A DNA stretch of 38,253 bases, from the IMG/VR virus record IMGVR_UViG_3300002821_000002, positions 1 to 38,253 of that record; one strand, given 5' to 3'. The DNA is from a virus. Below the pieces are notes generated by a model, which ran no database searches, had not been told where the DNA came from, and saw only the letters and a list, made by a program, of their open reading frames with translations. Below are positions 34,012 through 38,253 of this stretch, one piece after another. The position numbers were made by a program, and so were the translations under genes. The first letter of the stretch is position 1, and every line of letters starts with the position of its first letter.

Positions 34012-34796
34012 CAACGGTCACGGGGTGCGGTTTGTTTCGGGAACTCAAGGGCAGGTTCTGGCGTTGGGTGGCATCGGGTACCGAACGGTACCGGCAGCCC
34101 CGCGAGAACTATGTCCGCGGCATGAAACCGCTCAACTCACCCGAAGACTACGAGGCAGCCGGCTGGAAAGAGTACCGGTTCCACATTATTGAGAAGACGC
34201 TCCTGAACCAGGTCCTCATCAGGATCCCGGTCCCGTCTCCCGAAGAGTGGCCGAAACTCCTGACAGGTCCCCGGGCACAGTTTGCCGAGTTCCTGCTTGA
34301 AGAGTATTTCCGGTACGAGAAACAGGCCCGGCGTCGTCTCATCCTCACGCGGGTCTTCTGGTTCGTGCTCCGGCAGTGGGAAGCGGACGACAACTACACC
34401 GAGGTCTTCGACTTCCAGCTGTACCGGATGTTCACAAGGAAGGGCCTGAAGTTCGGATTCACCGACCCCTCCAAGCTCGACCCTGCCAACTGGTACATGG
34501 ACAGCAACCCGAAACTCGCAGGCGGGCCCGGCCGGTTCATCCCTGAACTGAACGCAGCACCGTTCCACATCAGGTGGGAACGGGACGGTCATGTCGCCCT
34601 GACCCGCGGCATCACCTCCGAGCTCATCTGCACCAAACCCCCTGGCGACATGCTGAACGAGGTCTGGTATGCGCTCGATATCCGGAAGGGAACCGTGCGG
34701 GACGGGCTGGTCGTCTACCCGGTGATCGCCAAGAACAAGGAGCTGATCGAAGTGTCAAAAGCACTGCAGGCTTTCCTGCAGAGGAGACCTGCTTGA
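33990..34796 (+). CDS. Hypothetical protein (start uncertain, 33990 or 34122)
   Basis: Long ORF between MCP and connector; viral codon usage; stop overlaps TTG of next gene. Confidence 0.65.
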   Translation: MGSPHLFSTVTGCGLFRELKGRFWRWVASGTERYRQPRENYVRGMKPLNSPEDYEAAGWKEYRFHIIEKTLLNQVLIRIPVPSPEEWPKLLTGPRAQFAEFLLEEYFRYEKQARRRLILTRVFWFVLRQWEADDNYTEVFDFQLYRMFTRKGLKFGFTDPSKLDPANWYMDSNPKLAGGPGRFIPELNAAPFHIRWERDGHVALTRGITSELICTKPPGDMLNEVWYALDIRKGTVRDGLVVYPVIAKNKELIEVSKALQAFLQRRPA

Positions 34797-35242
34797 CGGT
34801 AAGCGCAACAACGATCGCCCTGGTCAGCCCGTTCACCGCGGGTACCGGGGGAGATTTCACCGACGCCGACCTGACAAGCTACGCGGCCATCGCGGCAAAG
34901 CGGCTTGAGGGACTCTATCCCGGCCTGTCCTCGTCCATGGACTCGTCGCTCTACGACTACTGCCACGCCCTGATGATCTGCCACCTCTACAAGGCAAGCC
35001 GGGGCAACGTCGAGAAGAAGAGCGAGACCTACGGGGATGTCGGCTGGACCAAGGATCCAGGGGCCACCTCGTACCTCATCACTCTGCGGGAAACCGTGGA
35101 GGAGTGGAAGACCGGCCAGGCTGCAGCCGATACCGTGAACGAAGGTGTCGAGCGGGCAGACCACGATGTGCCTGACCTGAAGATGGACCAGTCCGATCTG
35201 CCGGAACCCTACGACGACAGCGAGGTAGACGCCTATGATTGA
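34793..35242 (+). CDS. Head-tail connector/adaptor (DUF4054-like)
   Basis: TTG start with GAGGAG RBS; YCHALMICHLY...KKSETYGDV...TSYL. Confidence 0.7.
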   Translation: MTVSATTIALVSPFTAGTGGDFTDADLTSYAAIAAKRLEGLYPGLSSSMDSSLYDYCHALMICHLYKASRGNVEKKSETYGDVGWTKDPGATSYLITLRETVEEWKTGQAAADTVNEGVERADHDVPDLKMDQSDLPEPYDDSEVDAYD

Positions 35243-35810
35243 GGCCATGCAGCACAGCTGCTCGATCGCCCGATCAACTGTCGATAAGCGGCTTAACTTC
35301 GATGCAGGATCCGCAGTCTTCACGGTGGCAAAAACCCTTACCGGGGCCACCTCCCATGCAACCGGCACGGTGAAAACCGTCACGAAAAGCACGGGGGAAT
35401 GGGCCGCCGGGACCGCTGCAGGGTATCTCATCCTGTCGAACGTGACCGGCGTATTTGCAGACAACGAGCCGATCGCGGACAACGGCACGGTTCCCGGGGC
35501 AGCCCTTGCAAACGGAGCATCGGCGGACAATGGCGACGACTATGGCATCCCGTCTGCGGTCACAGCCACCACGACCGTCAAGTGCCGGTTCGTCAACCCG
35601 AAAGGCGGCATGAAGAAACTCGAAAGCGGCGAGCACATCTACAACCTGCCAGCCGTGGTCCTGCCTTCGGGCACCTCGATCGCGGAAGGTGATATCCTCA
35701 CCGGGGTAACCGCCGGGTTCACCAGGGCGTTCCGGATCAAGCACGTCCGGACCGTCCAGGCAGATGAAGGGATATCGCACATCCGCTGCGACCTCGAGGC
35801 GGTGACCTGA
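35235..35810 (+). CDS. Head closure protein with inserted beta module
   Basis: MQHSCSI...[insert]...VKCRF...IAEGDIL...FRIKHV...SHIRCDLEAV. Confidence 0.7.
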   Translation: MIEAMQHSCSIARSTVDKRLNFDAGSAVFTVAKTLTGATSHATGTVKTVTKSTGEWAAGTAAGYLILSNVTGVFADNEPIADNGTVPGAALANGASADNGDDYGIPSAVTATTTVKCRFVNPKGGMKKLESGEHIYNLPAVVLPSGTSIAEGDILTGVTAGFTRAFRIKHVRTVQADEGISHIRCDLEAVT

Positions 35811-36050
35811 TTGAACGAAACTACTGACTGCGTAACTACCACAACATGTGCACTCCACCGCGAACTCTTTGAGACAAAACTCGCCGCGTGCAATGCCCGT
35901 GTAGACGGGATCCTGGAAGAGATCAAGGGGGTCCGTGACCTCCAGAGAACAATCCTCTACGCCCTGATTGTAATCGGATTTGGGGTAGCCTGCACCCTTG
36001 CCGGCGTGATTGTCGGCCGTGGCTTGGACTTCGGGTGGTTGATCCCCTGA
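35811..36050 (+). CDS. Coiled-coil plus TM protein (holin/XhlA-like candidate)
   Basis: TTG start; RVDGILEEIKGVRDLQRTILYALIVIGFGVACTLAGVIVG. Confidence 0.55.
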   Translation: MNETTDCVTTTTCALHRELFETKLAACNARVDGILEEIKGVRDLQRTILYALIVIGFGVACTLAGVIVGRGLDFGWLIP

Positions 36051-36514
36051 TGCAGGCCACGGTCCGTATCAAGGGTATGGCGGAACTCACCCGGAGACTA
36101 CGGGGAGTCAAAACAGCCATCGGTGACACGCTCGAAGAGGCCGGTACCAAAGGGATGCTGGTTGTTGAGGGCGGGGCCCGTAGCAACGTCTCAGTCGATA
36201 TCGGCGAACTCCGACGGGGCATCACCACGAAGACCCTCGAGAAGACCGAGAACTCCGTGAAGATCGGGACCGGCACCAATGTCGAGTACGCCCCGTACCT
36301 TGAATACGGGACCGGCATCTATGCCGAAAACGGCAAGGGTCGGACAACCCCGTGGGTCTACTACTACGCGGGAACAAAGGGGCCGGAAGGCTGGCGGTTC
36401 ACCCGCGGCAATAAGGCAAAACCGTTCCTCCGTCCTGCGTATGACGAGAACAAGGAGAAGGTCCAGGAGGTTGTCCGGGGCGAACTCGAGCGGGCGATCG
36501 AGGGGGCACTGTGA
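36050..36514 (+). CDS. HK97 gp10-like tail completion protein
   Basis: IKGMAEL...VDIGELRRGI...VEYAPYLEYGTG...AKPFLRPAYD. Confidence 0.9.
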   Translation: MQATVRIKGMAELTRRLRGVKTAIGDTLEEAGTKGMLVVEGGARSNVSVDIGELRRGITTKTLEKTENSVKIGTGTNVEYAPYLEYGTGIYAENGKGRTTPWVYYYAGTKGPEGWRFTRGNKAKPFLRPAYDENKEKVQEVVRGELERAIEGAL

Positions 36515-36927
36515 GCTCGATTGATGCTGCCCTTCGTGCGAAACTGGCTGCAGCCACGGCTGTCGTTGCGCTAGTCGGAACCCGGATCTACCCGGACGAG
36601 CTCCCGCAGGGGACCGCCCTGCCGGCTATCCGGTACTCCCTGGTCAGCGATGTTCCCGACCGCCGCGTCCCGGGTTTCCGGGAGGCGCGGGTCCAGGTAT
36701 CTGTCTATGACGATGCCGACAGCCCGACAGATGCGAATACCGTTGCGGAAGCGGTCATTTCTGCGATCTCCCGGACAGATTTCCAGATGGAACCGGCCTC
36801 ATGGACTGCGGGGTCCACCACCTTCACGGTAATCACGTGCAGGCACACCAACGGCCCCCGGCTCCGTGAACCGGACACCCGGTACTGGCACTATCCGGTA
36901 GATTTCCTCATCAAATACAGGATGTGA
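36511..36927 (+). CDS. Tail terminator (DUF3168/gp17-like)
   Basis: VALVGTRIYP..LPQ...PAIRYSLVSD...RVQVSVY. Confidence 0.85.
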   Translation: MSSIDAALRAKLAAATAVVALVGTRIYPDELPQGTALPAIRYSLVSDVPDRRVPGFREARVQVSVYDDADSPTDANTVAEAVISAISRTDFQMEPASWTAGSTTFTVITCRHTNGPRLREPDTRYWHYPVDFLIKYRM

Positions 36928-36936
36928 GACGAAACC

Positions 36937-37668
36937 ATGACAGATGTTGTCGGAAGTGACCTTACGCAGGGCCGCGAGGTCAAGTGGTATTTTGCCGGTA
37001 CAGAAGCCGGTAGCGAGACGAAGACTGCAACTGCAGGCGATGCAAGCGCGGGGTACTTCGCCCTTGCTGCGGATGCGGAGTATGGGTCCGTCGTTGTCTA
37101 CAACGAGACCGACTCGACCATCGTATCCACCGTCACCGAATGCAGTGACACTGCCGGGGCAACCCCCTGCACGGACGGCACCGCGGTCAAATCGGCCCTG
37201 TTCTCGATCACAGACGCGAAGGTCTACGTGATCAAGTATTGCGCCGTCACTGCAGCACTGGTCCACATCGGCACCAGCCGTGACGTGAAGTTCAGCGCTA
37301 AGGCAGACGAGAAGAAGGTCTCGATCCACGGGCAGGCTAACAAGGTCACGAGCGTCGGGGCAACGGAATATTCAGGCTCTCTTGAGGAGTTCCACTACAA
37401 CCAGAGCCTCATCAGCGTGGCCTATGGGCACCAGATGACGGCATCCCCGACCACCGGCAAGGAGAAACACACCACGGCCTTCAGGGGAATGCAGAAGATC
37501 GGCGCCCTGGTCGGCAAGCGGTACAACTCCGCCGGCACCGTGACCCGGAAATACTTCCTGATGGGAACACAGTTTTCCGGTATCGACGACACGTTCCCGA
37601 CTGACGACTTCTATTCACGGACCCTGGCGTTCTCGGCAGACTACAAGACAGAGACCGATCTCTCCTGA
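36937..37668 (+). CDS. Major tail (tube) protein
   Basis: 243 aa between terminator and chaperone; EYSGSLEEF and FYSRTLAFSA strands. Confidence 0.75.
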   Translation: MTDVVGSDLTQGREVKWYFAGTEAGSETKTATAGDASAGYFALAADAEYGSVVVYNETDSTIVSTVTECSDTAGATPCTDGTAVKSALFSITDAKVYVIKYCAVTAALVHIGTSRDVKFSAKADEKKVSIHGQANKVTSVGATEYSGSLEEFHYNQSLISVAYGHQMTASPTTGKEKHTTAFRGMQKIGALVGKRYNSAGTVTRKYFLMGTQFSGIDDTFPTDDFYSRTLAFSADYKTETDLS

Positions 37669-37690
37669 TCCTCCATTTTTTGGGTGACGC

Positions 37691-38200
37691 ATGACCAATC
37701 CGAAGAAAGTGAATTATGAGGACGACCCGGCCCTGACGGCACGGTTCCGGGCACGCATGACCGAGATACGGCACACCGATGCCGAGAGTCTCACCATCGC
37801 GGAACGGCTGATGAGGCGGGCGTTTGACCAGCGGATGACGATCCCGTTCCCCGTGGACGAAGGCGAGCCCATACCGGTAGAGGTAAGGATGCCCCTTGCC
37901 GCCGAGCTCGAGGAGCTTGCCAGCATATACGTAGCGAACCGGGCCGCCCGGACCGACAAGGGCCGGAGGGACCTGAACCAACGGACCTGCGAACTGCTCG
38001 CCAGCCTGTGCATTGACGAATCGCTGGACGAGGGATTCTTCGACAGCGGAGCGCTGACCGTCCCGGACCTGTACCAGATCATCTTCGAGATCCTGCTGGA
38101 GAACCGCAGGAGGATCACGAGCGCCGGATCCTTTCGGCCAGAGTCCAGCCGGGGTGGGCCTGTTCCAGCTGAGCCAGAGCCTGGGAAAGTTCCCCCATGA
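37691..38200 (+). CDS. Tail assembly chaperone (gpG-like)
   Basis: Follows tail tube; low-complexity tail after TCC-TTT-CGG. Confidence 0.75.
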   Translation: MTNPKKVNYEDDPALTARFRARMTEIRHTDAESLTIAERLMRRAFDQRMTIPFPVDEGEPIPVEVRMPLAAELEELASIYVANRAARTDKGRRDLNQRTCELLASLCIDESLDEGFFDSGALTVPDLYQIIFEILLENRRRITSAGSFRPESSRGGPVPAEPEPGKVPP

Positions 38201-38253
38201 GTTCAGCGAGTGCACGCAGGAAGAGATCGCATACATGACCGCCGCTTGGAACA
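38133..38253 (+). CDS. Frameshifted chaperone extension (gpT-like), 3'-truncated
   Basis: +1 frame FGQSPAGVGLFQLSQSLGKFPHEFSECTQEEIAYMTAAWN; bounded by TGA 38055-57 with no start codon before 38133. Confidence 0.7.

Larger units (their letters stand above)
1..38253. mobile_element. Temperate archaeal tailed virus (siphovirus-like), near-complete, circularly permuted, att junction joined
   Basis: Integrase, TerS/TerL, portal, MCP, head-tail, tail tube, chaperone and tape-measure genes with no host housekeeping genes; tail genes run directly into tRNA/integrase; archaeal tRNA and PCNA. Confidence 0.95.

Noticed and set aside
1-38253. CRISPR array, IS element or rRNA
   Set aside because: No regularly spaced repeats, transposase motifs or rRNA-like sequence seen

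Overview
Near-complete genome (about 38 kb) of a temperate archaeal head-tail virus (siphovirus type, HK97-fold capsid). The host is probably a methanogen of the Methanomicrobiales type; this is inferred from the archaeal tRNA-Leu, archaeal PCNA, TATA promoters, GGAGGTG ribosome-binding sites and the lack of a pseudomurein lysin. The window starts inside the tape-measure gene and runs through tail tip, acyltransferase, tRNA-Leu(CAG), integrase, immunity switch, early/replication genes, DNA-protection genes (methyltransferase, PCNA, NADAR, DUF5131), an AT-rich membrane moron, a structured non-coding region, terminase, portal, head and tail genes. It ends in the tail chaperone, just before the tape measure would restart, so the att junction is joined (excised or episomal form). 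Highlights: (1) a cluster of tRNA-like elements upstream of the terminase genes, one resembling tRNA-Cys without an anticodon loop; (2) a +1 frameshift candidate TCC-TTT-CGG in the tail chaperone; (3) a putative RHH repressor split by a +1 shift, next to a four-operator divergent switch; (4) a methyltransferase carrying repeated Cys-rich modules, in frame with the upstream ORF across one TGA; (5) a radical-SAM/SPASM plus YkgJ-like cassette inside the head module. All family calls are from motif recognition by eye; no searches were run.
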